41,739 nt of DNA from a virus: positions 1-41,739 of IMG/VR virus record IMGVR_UViG_3300011140_000001, one strand, 5' to 3'. Shown one piece after another: positions 8,900-16,621 of this stretch; the stretch's first letter is position 1, and every line of letters begins with the position of its first letter. The notes under the pieces are model-generated. The model saw only the letters and a program-made list of their open reading frames with translations, was not told the origin of the DNA and searched no databases. The position numbers and the translations under genes are program-made.

Positions 8900-9638
8900 C
8901 TTTCCCCTTTGCTTTATCGGCCTTAGCCTTTGCTTTTTTAAGTTTGGCAAGCGCAGCAAGTTTTCTGCTTGATGCTTTGGTGTCAGTTAATGGGTTTTCT
9001 GGGTCGTTACTGTGTTCTACACGCTCTTTGAACATGCCAATGTGCTGACCTGCTTTAATCAAAGCTGCCACTTGGTCATTCATCTTGATTTCAATGCCGT
9101 GTTGAGATTCTTTAATGCCTGCATAAAGCATTTTTGCTTGGGCACTTACGCGTGTTGTATCCGCAACAGTTACATAACCGTTACCCTCACCTTTACACTC
9201 AGGGCAATCAGGGTTAGGCGCTTTGGTCTTATCAAAGTCAAAACCGCCATCACAATCGGGTTTAGGCTTCTGATTTACTAACGCGTTATAGCAGGCATTG
9301 TGATATTCACCCTTAGTCCACTGGTAATAGTGATCAACTCCCCAACAGTAACGACAGTTCACACGCACATATCTGATTAGCTCGTTAGGGTCAGCAGTTG
9401 CCATTTCCCATAGTCGATTTAAAACCTTGTCTTGAGTGATCTTATTGCGTTCGGCAAGCTCTTTTTCACCCTGCTCAATAGCTTCCTTAACCTTATCAAT
9501 CCTTAACAGACGAGACGCCATTACAGCAGCCACATCTTCGTTCTTAACTTTGTATCCTGCTCTGATATATGCCTGTGCTCCGTTACGATCTATCAGGTAT
9601 TCATTAACAAAGCGTTGTTGTTTCCCACTTAGAGCCAT
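8889..9638 (-). CDS. terS: Terminase small subunit with a Cys-rich C-terminal insertion
   Basis: The N-terminus LSGKQQRFVNEYLIDRNGAQAYIRAGY is the Terminase_2-type signature. A perfect RBS, AAGGAGGTGA, lies before the ATG at 9636-9638. Confidence 0.85.
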   Translation of the reverse strand: MALSGKQQRFVNEYLIDRNGAQAYIRAGYKVKNEDVAAVMASRLLRIDKVKEAIEQGEKELAERNKITQDKVLNRLWEMATADPNELIRYVRVNCRYCWGVDHYYQWTKGEYHNACYNALVNQKPKPDCDGGFDFDKTKAPNPDCPECKGEGNGYVTVADTTRVSAQAKMLYAGIKESQHGIEIKMNDQVAALIKAGQHIGMFKERVEHSNDPENPLTDTKASSRKLAALAKLKKAKAKADKAKGKDDA

Positions 9639-9853
9639 CAAATCACCTCCTTGTAGCAAACCTTGGTGCAAATACGTCTACACATCTCATGAGAAATATC
9701 GTACTTGTTCGCTAACTGACGATAAGACAAGCCTTGTGTATGCAAGGTTCTAATATTTTTTACATCTGATTCTGTTACCTTTGGTGTTGAATCGCGTTTG
9801 ACTTTGTCTTTCACGATGAACTCAGGTAGAAACGCAAGTACTGGCATAAACAT
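9638..9853 (-). CDS. Small HTH DNA-binding protein (candidate late-gene regulator)
   Basis: RBS AGGAGA lies before the ATG at 9851-9853. The HTH-like segment is GLSYRQLANKYDISHEMCRRI. It sits immediately upstream of terS. Confidence 0.55.
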   Translation of the reverse strand: MFMPVLAFLPEFIVKDKVKRDSTPKVTESDVKNIRTLHTQGLSYRQLANKYDISHEMCRRICTKVCYKEVI

Positions 9854-9858
9854 TTCTC

Positions 9859-10287
9859 CTAAACCCACATTCCCCAAATCAACATTCCCGCATCGCGTTG
9901 TTCTTGATTTGTTCGGCCTTGCCAACCTGTGATTCGGTTAAAATCATCTGAATTGACTTTAGTTTTAGTTGGTTTTACTTCGATAACGGCTAAACCCATG
10001 TGTTGAGCCATTTGAACAAGCAATTTACCTGTTGCATGGTTTTCACCTACACGCTTTGAAATCTGCTCATTTACAGCAAGGGATTTATTAGCGCCATTTC
10101 TAAAATTGGCTTTTTTATTTAACCAACCTGCTTCAATTACGACCTTTTTGATTAAGTCCTGTTCTGCTTTGAATAGCTCCACCACTTCTGCAAAGCTGAG
10201 ATTTTTTAATTCAAATTGTGATTTCCCAAGGATTGCAACACCTGACTTATCCAAATCAGGGTCAATGCCGATAATGATCTTAGACAT
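9859..10287 (-). CDS. RuvC-like Holliday junction resolvase
   Basis: The N-terminal strand is IIGIDPDLDKSG and there is a C-terminal RDAG acidic motif. The start at MSK has RBS GGTGGTGA. Confidence 0.6.
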   Translation of the reverse strand: MSKIIIGIDPDLDKSGVAILGKSQFELKNLSFAEVVELFKAEQDLIKKVVIEAGWLNKKANFRNGANKSLAVNEQISKRVGENHATGKLLVQMAQHMGLAVIEVKPTKTKVNSDDFNRITGWQGRTNQEQRDAGMLIWGMWV

Positions 10288-11065
10288 AATCACCACCTAC
10301 ACGAGCATCGGACCAATTGCACTCAACAGTACGTAAACCGTCATGCTGAAAGCGTGACCATAGACGGTCACCTAAATCAGTTTTGAGTTTGTTCATTGAA
10401 AAGTTTGAAATGAGCATCGTTGGTTTTTTACGGTCATAACGTGCTGTCAAAATCTTATGAATGATTTCAAGTCTGGTACCGCGGTCATGCAAACCGTATT
10501 CATCCAAGATCAATAAATCGTATGTAGTGAACTCATAAATTACCGATGCTTCTGACTGATCTTTTGTGTCCTTATCCCATGCATTCATGACACGCTGCGC
10601 AAGCTCTTCACTTGTGATGTATCGAACGTACAGGCCTTTTTTGAGTAGTGTTTTTGCAGTAGCACAACCTAGATGGGTTTTACCCGTACCAGTTGAACCA
10701 ACCATGATGAAATTGGATTTACTTGTAGGCTTAGGATTTTTTTTGTCATCGGCATAAGCTGCAAGTAATTCTTGTGCATATTCGATGCATTGTGTAAGTG
10801 TATTTGCTTGTGCATGGGTAAGTGTTTTGTAGTTATCAAATGCAGATTGAGCATGACGTTCAGGAAGCATTGCACCACCAAAATGTTTATCACGCACCAT
10901 TTGATCTACACGTGCTTGTTCACCTTGCTTTGAATCATGAACATGATTGATTGCACAGCTTGGGCAAATTTGATGTGGCCCCGCTTGTACTTTTTGTACC
11001 TGGTGTATTTCACAAAATCCTTCAGCTAATTTGAAGCCGTTTAAAAGATTCACCATCGCATTCAT
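10280..11065 (-). CDS. DnaC/IstB-like AAA+ helicase loader
   Basis: Walker A GSTGTGKTH and Walker B LLILDE. It follows the replication initiator gene. Confidence 0.8.
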   Translation of the reverse strand: MNAMVNLLNGFKLAEGFCEIHQVQKVQAGPHQICPSCAINHVHDSKQGEQARVDQMVRDKHFGGAMLPERHAQSAFDNYKTLTHAQANTLTQCIEYAQELLAAYADDKKNPKPTSKSNFIMVGSTGTGKTHLGCATAKTLLKKGLYVRYITSEELAQRVMNAWDKDTKDQSEASVIYEFTTYDLLILDEYGLHDRGTRLEIIHKILTARYDRKKPTMLISNFSMNKLKTDLGDRLWSRFQHDGLRTVECNWSDARVGGDYV

Positions 11066-11946
11066 ATTAAATCCTCCGGTATGTGCACAGTTCCTGTGAA
11101 CGGGCGATCATCTGATTTAGGCTCGTCTTTCCAAGCGTCATTGACGTTTCGTGAATCGTTAGCCGAATTTGTTTTATTAGCGGGTTTCGCTTTAGCAAGA
11201 CGACTTGCTTTCAAAGCATCGTCTTTCACCCACTGGATGTATTTCGCGTAAATCTTGTTTTCAATGAGACGACCTGAACGTATGTCAGGTGCGTAATGCG
11301 GTAGGAAGGTAATCATGAAGGTGTCAAACTCTTCCTGAGTTGTTTTAGGTAACCCCGCTCTTTGTCTCCAAGAGTTAATTTCATGAAGTGAGGGTTTCCA
11401 CAAACTCAGGTCTTCATCGAGGGAATTCGGCGTTTCTGATTGTGTATGTGTATATATAGATGAAGGTGACGATGAAGGGCATGACTCAAGCATACCTTGA
11501 GCATTGCTTGCATCATGCATATGCATTGCTTGTGCATATGCATTAGCATTGCTAGATTGATGCTCGTTAGATGCATTAGTATTGCTAGAATCTTGCTCTT
11601 TGTTCCATCGTGCTTCCGCTGCTTTCTTTGCACGCTCTGACTTTGAAGACTTATTACTTTCAGCTTGAGACTTTAAATCGTCCAAATATTTTGAAGATAA
11701 TTCACTGTCTTTTACTTCAAATAAATTTGAATTTATCAAGATAGTTTTTAAAGCCTTCGCCTTACTCAAATTTGAACGAATTACGCTTGCAATAACGTTG
11801 TTGTCATCTGGTATTGCACCATTGCGCCAATAATCCATCATGAGTAAAAATGACGCACCGATTTGCTCGGTGGTCATTCGAGTGGTCTTAGCAAGCATGT
11901 CGCCAATATAAATTGGCATCCAAATATCTACGTCTTGGTTGCTCAT
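11062..11946 (-). CDS. Replication initiator-like protein (DUF1376/YdaU-type N-terminal domain)
   Basis: The N-terminus WMPIYIGDMLAKTTRMTTEQIGASFLLMMDYW is DUF1376-like. A low-complexity Ser/Asn/Ala linker follows, and the gene lies upstream of the DnaC-like gene. Confidence 0.7.
   Translation of the reverse strand: MSNQDVDIWMPIYIGDMLAKTTRMTTEQIGASFLLMMDYWRNGAIPDDNNVIASVIRSNLSKAKALKTILINSNLFEVKDSELSSKYLDDLKSQAESNKSSKSERAKKAAEARWNKEQDSSNTNASNEHQSSNANAYAQAMHMHDASNAQGMLESCPSSSPSSIYTHTQSETPNSLDEDLSLWKPSLHEINSWRQRAGLPKTTQEEFDTFMITFLPHYAPDIRSGRLIENKIYAKYIQWVKDDALKASRLAKAKPANKTNSANDSRNVNDAWKDEPKSDDRPFTGTVHIPEDLI
11501..11588. repeat. Iteron-like direct repeats inside the initiator gene (candidate ori)
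   Basis: GCATTGCT(T/A)G-type cores at 11501, 11523, 11546 and 11579, spaced 22, 23 and 33 bp. The 18-mers ATGCATTAG(C/T)ATTGCTAG lie at 11538-11555 and 11571-11588. The TG/TA-rich run tgtgtatgtgtatatata lies at 11441-11458. Confidence 0.5.
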
Positions 11947-12698
11947 ACCACCTCACTAAATAATTCTGTTTGTTTAATTTCCACAGCATCAGCAAGGCGT
12001 TTTTTTGCTATTTCAAAGTACTTAACTTCTTTTTCAATACCGATAAATTTGCGGTCAGTATTGATGCAAGCGATACCCGTAGTACCTGAACCCATGCAAT
12101 TATCAAGAACTACTTCTCCAACATTTGTGTAGGTGCGAATCAAATACTCACAAAGGGCAACTGGCTTTTGTGTCGGATGTAGATTTGATTTTTGCTTGTC
12201 ACTACTGAAAAATTGTACAGAACGCGGGTAACGCTCTGTTGAGTCGTAATCTTTGATATTGAGCTGTTTGCCATAATGTTCTGAGCCAATATCTTTACGT
12301 TTGGCAGTTTTACGTTTATGGCCAGTAGTCTTTTGCGGGTTATAGGTCGGCTGTGATTTATAGAAAACTAAAATATTTTCATGTGCTCTTAATGGTTGTT
12401 TTTTTGCATTTAGAAAACCTGTTGCTGCAGGTTTTTCCCAAATCATTTCATAGCGGAACAATTTAAGATTTGAGGTAGCTAAAACTGGAGCAAAACGATT
12501 TGCAGCAAATAGAACAATTGCACCCTTAGGTTTGATGATTCGTTTGTAATGTGCCCAAAGAGGCTCAAATGGAATAACTGAATCCCAAGCACAACAAGTC
12601 GTACCATACGGCAAATCACATAAAATCATATCTATGGATTGATCTGGAATATTTGCCATGATCTCGAGGCAATCGCCATGATGTAATTTATAGGTCAT
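11943..12698 (-). CDS. DNA methyltransferase (N6_N4 family, beta-class motif order), orphan
   Basis: The motif IV variant ILCDLPYGT is N-terminal. HPTQKP and motif I DNCMGSGTTG are C-terminal. No adjacent endonuclease gene. Confidence 0.85.
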   Translation of the reverse strand: MTYKLHHGDCLEIMANIPDQSIDMILCDLPYGTTCCAWDSVIPFEPLWAHYKRIIKPKGAIVLFAANRFAPVLATSNLKLFRYEMIWEKPAATGFLNAKKQPLRAHENILVFYKSQPTYNPQKTTGHKRKTAKRKDIGSEHYGKQLNIKDYDSTERYPRSVQFFSSDKQKSNLHPTQKPVALCEYLIRTYTNVGEVVLDNCMGSGTTGIACINTDRKFIGIEKEVKYFEIAKKRLADAVEIKQTELFSEVV

Positions 12699-13063
12699 GA
12701 CCGCACCTCACTTGCTCGATACATAACTTGTCGGCCAGATATTTCACGTGAACCAAGTAAGCCTGCACCGATTACCCTACCTTCGCAGGTAGCGCACATA
12801 GGACGATTAGCGCTTGGTGTATCAAGTAAAATCCCTGTTCCTTTCCCTGTGCCACCGACACACATGGTCATGCCGCACCAACAATGCACGGCAAAATGTG
12901 ATTTATTTCGGAAAGTAATAAGCGTTACGTGGCGAACTCGATGTGTGTATTCACCACGACGTGCTTCAACAAAAGGAACTGATTGTTTTATTGCTTTGCA
13001 GTTTTCATTGCCAAAGCCTTTACGCTTCATGTAACGGCTTGGTTCAAGGGGGATCATTGTCAT
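12695..13063 (-). CDS. Hypothetical Cys/His-rich protein
   Basis: 122 aa with coupled overlaps on both sides. Motifs HCWCG and CATCEG. Confidence 0.6.
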   Translation of the reverse strand: MTMIPLEPSRYMKRKGFGNENCKAIKQSVPFVEARRGEYTHRVRHVTLITFRNKSHFAVHCWCGMTMCVGGTGKGTGILLDTPSANRPMCATCEGRVIGAGLLGSREISGRQVMYRASEVRS

Positions 13064-13638
13064 GTAATCACCTCGCTTAATTTCTTAAACTCGGCAATGA
13101 TTGAATCCACTATTGATTTGACATAAATATATTTTGGATTTTCTTTTTTTAGCGAACTATCAAATCCCCACTCTTCACCAAATAAGCTATCCATTGTTTC
13201 CTGCTCTTCAGAATCTAAGTGACGATATAGCTCACCTGCTGTATCAAATTGTTCACCAGATAAAGCATCACGAAGGCTTCTTAAAGCTTCTTTTGATAAA
13301 GATTCATCACCATATTCACGTGCAAGCTTTATTTCTTCTTCCTTTTCACGGTCAATAAGTTCAAGGATTGCGTCACCATCTTCAATGAAAATGGAATCAG
13401 GAATTTGATTATTCTGATTGAATAATTTATTCATCAAATAGCCTGAATTAGTTTTAGCAATGAACTCTTGAAACGTTTTAGTTCCACAGTGGCTGAAAAA
13501 TGCAGTACCTATATAATCCTCAAGTATCACAGTAATGCGACCACCACATTCACTGTAGGTATTGTTAGGCTCAATATAGATAGTTGCCCATGCATCCTGA
13601 TGTTTACCAAGATTTTTAATAGTTAGTTTTTCGATCAT
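13060..13638 (-). CDS. Hypothetical protein
   Basis: 192 aa with coupled overlaps and an acidic C-terminal half. No family recognised. Confidence 0.6.
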   Translation of the reverse strand: MIEKLTIKNLGKHQDAWATIYIEPNNTYSECGGRITVILEDYIGTAFFSHCGTKTFQEFIAKTNSGYLMNKLFNQNNQIPDSIFIEDGDAILELIDREKEEEIKLAREYGDESLSKEALRSLRDALSGEQFDTAGELYRHLDSEEQETMDSLFGEEWGFDSSLKKENPKYIYVKSIVDSIIAEFKKLSEVIT

Positions 13639-14492
13639 GGCTGCACCTCGAATACTTTTCTAAGTGCAGCAACCACTTGCTTTATTTCTTCTTCAGTTCG
13701 CCATGCTCCAAATTGAGCCCAAGTGTCATGACATAAACGAGAGACTTTGATGTAGCCACATTTTGAATCATGATCAATCACATAAAAGCTTTCATCTTGA
13801 TTTGGCTTAAAAGGTGCAGGAACTTCAACACCATTAATTAAAATGGTTTTAGGCTTAATGCGGAAAAAGACTTTTTGCACGCCTTCAGACATGCCAGAAA
13901 AGAAAACTTTAGTTGATAGATCATCTTCAAGAGGATTGAAGGTATCCCAATTTTTTTCTTCCCAAGGCTCAACGCTGATTTGAACTGTTTCACCTGCCAA
14001 AGCAGCAGATAAAGCAGCTTTGCCATCTACCAAACCTTCAAGGCCTTCAACTTTGATTGTCTTAAATTCAGTAGATGCGCCAGACGGTTGACCTTTAGGT
14101 AATAACGGTTTTTCCCACATTGCTTGGCGCATTTCATGGCGCTGCAATTCATCCCAACCACTTGAGCGAAAGATAAATGACTTATCATTGGAATCTTTAT
14201 AAATCTGGTCCCCGCCTTCTGTTTCCCAATTAGCATCATTAACATCATTGCGATGTAGGACAGCTTTATCACGTAGACCTGCAATAGTAATTTCAGTTGC
14301 TTCTTCTGTACCGCAGCCTACTTGTATGATTAACTTTTCTAATACTCTGCTACCGACTAACCAACGAATACACTTATCAGTTAATATTTTTTTATTAGTT
14401 GGTCTCGGCCATTGATAACCAAGCTCAAACAATATTTCCTGAGTCTCTTTACGCTCAGCTTCTGTTTTTACACGAATTTTATAGCTACTCAT
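13635..14492 (-). CDS. Hypothetical protein
   Basis: 285 aa with coupled overlaps. No family recognised. Confidence 0.6.
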   Translation of the reverse strand: MSSYKIRVKTEAERKETQEILFELGYQWPRPTNKKILTDKCIRWLVGSRVLEKLIIQVGCGTEEATEITIAGLRDKAVLHRNDVNDANWETEGGDQIYKDSNDKSFIFRSSGWDELQRHEMRQAMWEKPLLPKGQPSGASTEFKTIKVEGLEGLVDGKAALSAALAGETVQISVEPWEEKNWDTFNPLEDDLSTKVFFSGMSEGVQKVFFRIKPKTILINGVEVPAPFKPNQDESFYVIDHDSKCGYIKVSRLCHDTWAQFGAWRTEEEIKQVVAALRKVFEVQP

Positions 14493-14710
14493 GACACCTC
14501 TCCCATAGCTTGATGAGCACGGTTGAGATGCACCAAAACATCACGTGAAGAAACGCGACAGTTTTTAGAAACATGATTTTCAATGTGACGGTCATCGCCC
14601 ATATCTTCAATTTTCCGCGTTTCCACAGGTTGAACTAAACAGTGATTGCACTGCTCTCCTTTAAACTCAGGACATTTGTTTTTGCACTTATGTTCTGTTA
14701 AATTAGTCAT
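14489..14710 (-). CDS. Hypothetical small Cys-rich protein
   Basis: 73 aa. RBS GAAGGA precedes the ATG. Motifs CKNKC and CNHC. Confidence 0.55.
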   Translation of the reverse strand: MTNLTEHKCKNKCPEFKGEQCNHCLVQPVETRKIEDMGDDRHIENHVSKNCRVSSRDVLVHLNRAHQAMGEVS

Positions 14711-14741
14711 GTGATTTAATCCTTCTGGTTAATGAACAACT

Positions 14742-14770
14742 AAGCCTGATCCACGAAATCAGGCTTTTTT
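14742..14770. terminator. Strong hairpin at the 3' end of the cII-like gene. The canonical T tract is on the plus (antisense) strand
   Basis: Stem AAGCCTGAT / ATCAGGCTT (14742-14750 and 14758-14766) with a 7-nt loop. The T tract of six (14765-14770) overlaps the last two stem bases. On the minus strand the hairpin is followed only by UUAGUUGUU. Confidence 0.6.
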
Positions 14771-15125
14771 AATATCCAAGTTTTTCCTTTTTTCCGCTGA
14801 TTTCGTCATGAAATAGGTCATCAACAGTTTCAATACGGTTCATCCAACTTTTTGACATAACCAAAAGAGCAGCTACCCTTTCTTTATCAATACTTTGATA
14901 ATCCTTTGGTACCACCTTCAAACCTAAGCAGCTCAATAGCTCGCAAAAGTTCTCAATTTCAGTTAAGCCATTGCTTTTCTTGTCGTTTTTCATTCTCGAC
15001 AAAGTGCTCGCATCTACATTCAAATGCTCTGCGATTTCAATATTCTTGTTGGATGCAAGTGCTTGCAATATTCTGGAAACGCCATTTCTGGCACTTGCAG
15101 ACAGATCAACTAATAATTTGCTCAT
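14769..15125 (-). CDS. cII-like transcriptional regulator
   Basis: 118 aa immediately downstream of cro. The HTH IAEHLNVDASTLSRMKND resembles the lambda CII region GVDKSQISRWKRD. Confidence 0.55.
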   Translation of the reverse strand: MSKLLVDLSASARNGVSRILQALASNKNIEIAEHLNVDASTLSRMKNDKKSNGLTEIENFCELLSCLGLKVVPKDYQSIDKERVAALLVMSKSWMNRIETVDDLFHDEISGKKEKLGY

Positions 15126-15133
15126 GTGGTTTC

Positions 15134-15322
15134 CTAAGCAGTTTTAGACTGCATGTCAGCCTTAACTTGTCCCTTGGTTAAAACCTGAAAGGTTGCTTGT
15201 GTGCTAGTGGGAATCCCGCCACTGCGCCAGTAGGAAATTGTTGATCTAGGGCGTTTTAATTTGCGCGCTAAATCAGCATCACTTTTGACTTTGTAAAATT
15301 TAATTAAGTCATCAACAGTCAT
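15134..15322 (-). CDS. cro: Cro-like HTH repressor
   Basis: 62 aa, divergent from the cI-like gene. HTH LARKLKRPRSTISYWRSGGIP. Confidence 0.7.
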   Translation of the reverse strand: MTVDDLIKFYKVKSDADLARKLKRPRSTISYWRSGGIPTSTQATFQVLTKGQVKADMQSKTA

Positions 15323-15425
15323 GTTTAGTTTCCAAAACTATTATGTTTAGTTTATTGAACTATAAGTTTAGGAACATGTCAATTTAATTGTTTAGTATTT
15401 TGAACAAGAGTTTAGGAAGTTTTTT
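15323..15425. promoter_or_regulatory. Divergent immunity control region with operators
   Basis: Sites of the form AGTTT-N3-AAACT: tAGTTTccaAAACTa (15326-15340), tAGTTTattGAACTa (15348-15362) and the degenerate tAGTATtttGAACAa (15393-15407). GTTTAG recurs 5 times at 20-24 bp phasing. On the minus strand TTGACA (15377-15382) is followed after 17 nt by TTCAAT. Confidence 0.65.
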
Positions 15426-16151
15426 ATGCAAACTACTGCTGATAGAATTATTTTGAGAATGCAGGAACTAAAGGTTCAACATAAAGATATCGTTGCTGCC
15501 ACTGGTGCAAGCAAAGGTACTGTTACTAACTGGATTTCAGGTGTAAATGAACCAACTGGAAAACGATTACTTGCTCTTGCATCATTTTTAAAAACATCAC
15601 CTGACTGGCTGCTAACTGGAAAAATTGAAGAAGGTAGTAATGGCAAAATAACAAATGCTGAAGTGCAGCTATATGATGAAAATGATCCAGTGCCAGAAGG
15701 TTTCACAGCAATTGATTTTTATGACGAAATTTATGTTAGTGCTGGAAATGGTCATTTAAATATCGAAGTACCAAGTGTTAATAAATTTTTTGTCCCTACT
15801 GGTTTACTTTATGAATGCAATGTTGATTCAAAGTACGCAAAAGTAGTTAAGGTACGTGGTGATAGTATGGCTCCTGATCTTTTAGATGGGCAGCGTATAT
15901 CTGTTGATATTTCAGCAAGAAAAATCTTTGATGGGGAAATCTATGCTTTCCAAGTTGGAGATGATACTAAAATCAAATACTTGTTTAATTGGAATGAACA
16001 AGGTCCTGGTGGGTTCAAGGCAATCTCAAGAAATGAAGATAAACTTAGATTTCCTGATGAATATTATTCCCCTGCCAGAATCGAAGCTGAAGGGATTCAT
16101 GTTATTGGTCAATTTTGGATGAAGCTTGATACTAGAAAAATAAGAAGATAA
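15426..16151 (+). CDS. cI: CI-like repressor (XRE HTH plus S24 LexA-type autopeptidase domain)
   Basis: N-terminal HTH IVAATGASKGTVTNWISG. Ala-Gly site in VSAGNGH. RGDSMAP serine motif and a downstream Lys (KIKYL). Confidence 0.9.
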   Translation: MQTTADRIILRMQELKVQHKDIVAATGASKGTVTNWISGVNEPTGKRLLALASFLKTSPDWLLTGKIEEGSNGKITNAEVQLYDENDPVPEGFTAIDFYDEIYVSAGNGHLNIEVPSVNKFFVPTGLLYECNVDSKYAKVVKVRGDSMAPDLLDGQRISVDISARKIFDGEIYAFQVGDDTKIKYLFNWNEQGPGGFKAISRNEDKLRFPDEYYSPARIEAEGIHVIGQFWMKLDTRKIRR

Positions 16152-16153
16152 TC

Positions 16154-16459
16154 ATGTATTTAAAAAACTTTTTTGTTGCGCTTTTATTGGTGGGTTTGGT
16201 AGGTTGTGGAAAACCATCAATCACACAAGAAGATTATGACAATATGGTTTCAGAAAAGGATCAGCAAATAGCTGACTTAGAGGAACAAGTTACCAAATTA
16301 CACGAACATATATCAAATCTTGAGGCCAAAACGGAAGAAGTAAACAACCAATTTAAAAGATTTGAAAATGAAAATTGGCGCGATGTTGTTCCTGATGCTG
16401 ATAATGCAGTAGAAGAACTAAATACTGAAGTTGAAAACAATCCCGACGCATCATATTAA
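16154..16459 (+). CDS. Lipoprotein with a coiled-coil segment, co-transcribed with the repressor
   Basis: The ATG lies 2 nt after the cI stop. Signal plus lipobox LLLVGLVGC. The coiled-coil-like stretch is QQIADLEEQVTKLHEHISNLEAKTEE. Confidence 0.7.
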   Translation: MYLKNFFVALLLVGLVGCGKPSITQEDYDNMVSEKDQQIADLEEQVTKLHEHISNLEAKTEEVNNQFKRFENENWRDVVPDADNAVEELNTEVENNPDASY

Positions 16460-16475
16460 ACTTTTATAATTTTAC

Positions 16476-16498
16476 AAACCCGCTTTATGCGGGTTTTT
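16476..16498 (+). terminator. Rho-independent terminator of the cI-lipoprotein unit
   Basis: AAACCCGC tttat GCGGGTTT, then TT. Confidence 0.8.
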
Positions 16499-16500
16499 AA

Positions 16501-16612
16501 TTTTGTTTACTAAACAAAAAATAAAAAAAGTTCATTTTTCTAAACAAATCTATTGACCTACATTGTTCAGTTTACTAAACTGATTTCACCAACTACTAAA
16601 CTGAAAAGTTAG
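16501..16612 (+). promoter_or_regulatory. PL-like early promoter with palindromic operators
   Basis: A perfect 19-bp palindrome TTTTGTTTAcTAAACAAAA (16501-16519). A perfect 15-bp palindrome CAGTTTAcTAAACTG (16568-16582). TTGACC (16553-16558) is followed after 17 nt by TAAACT (16576-16581), which lies inside the second palindrome. Confidence 0.7.
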
Positions 16613-16621
16613 GTGAATGTT

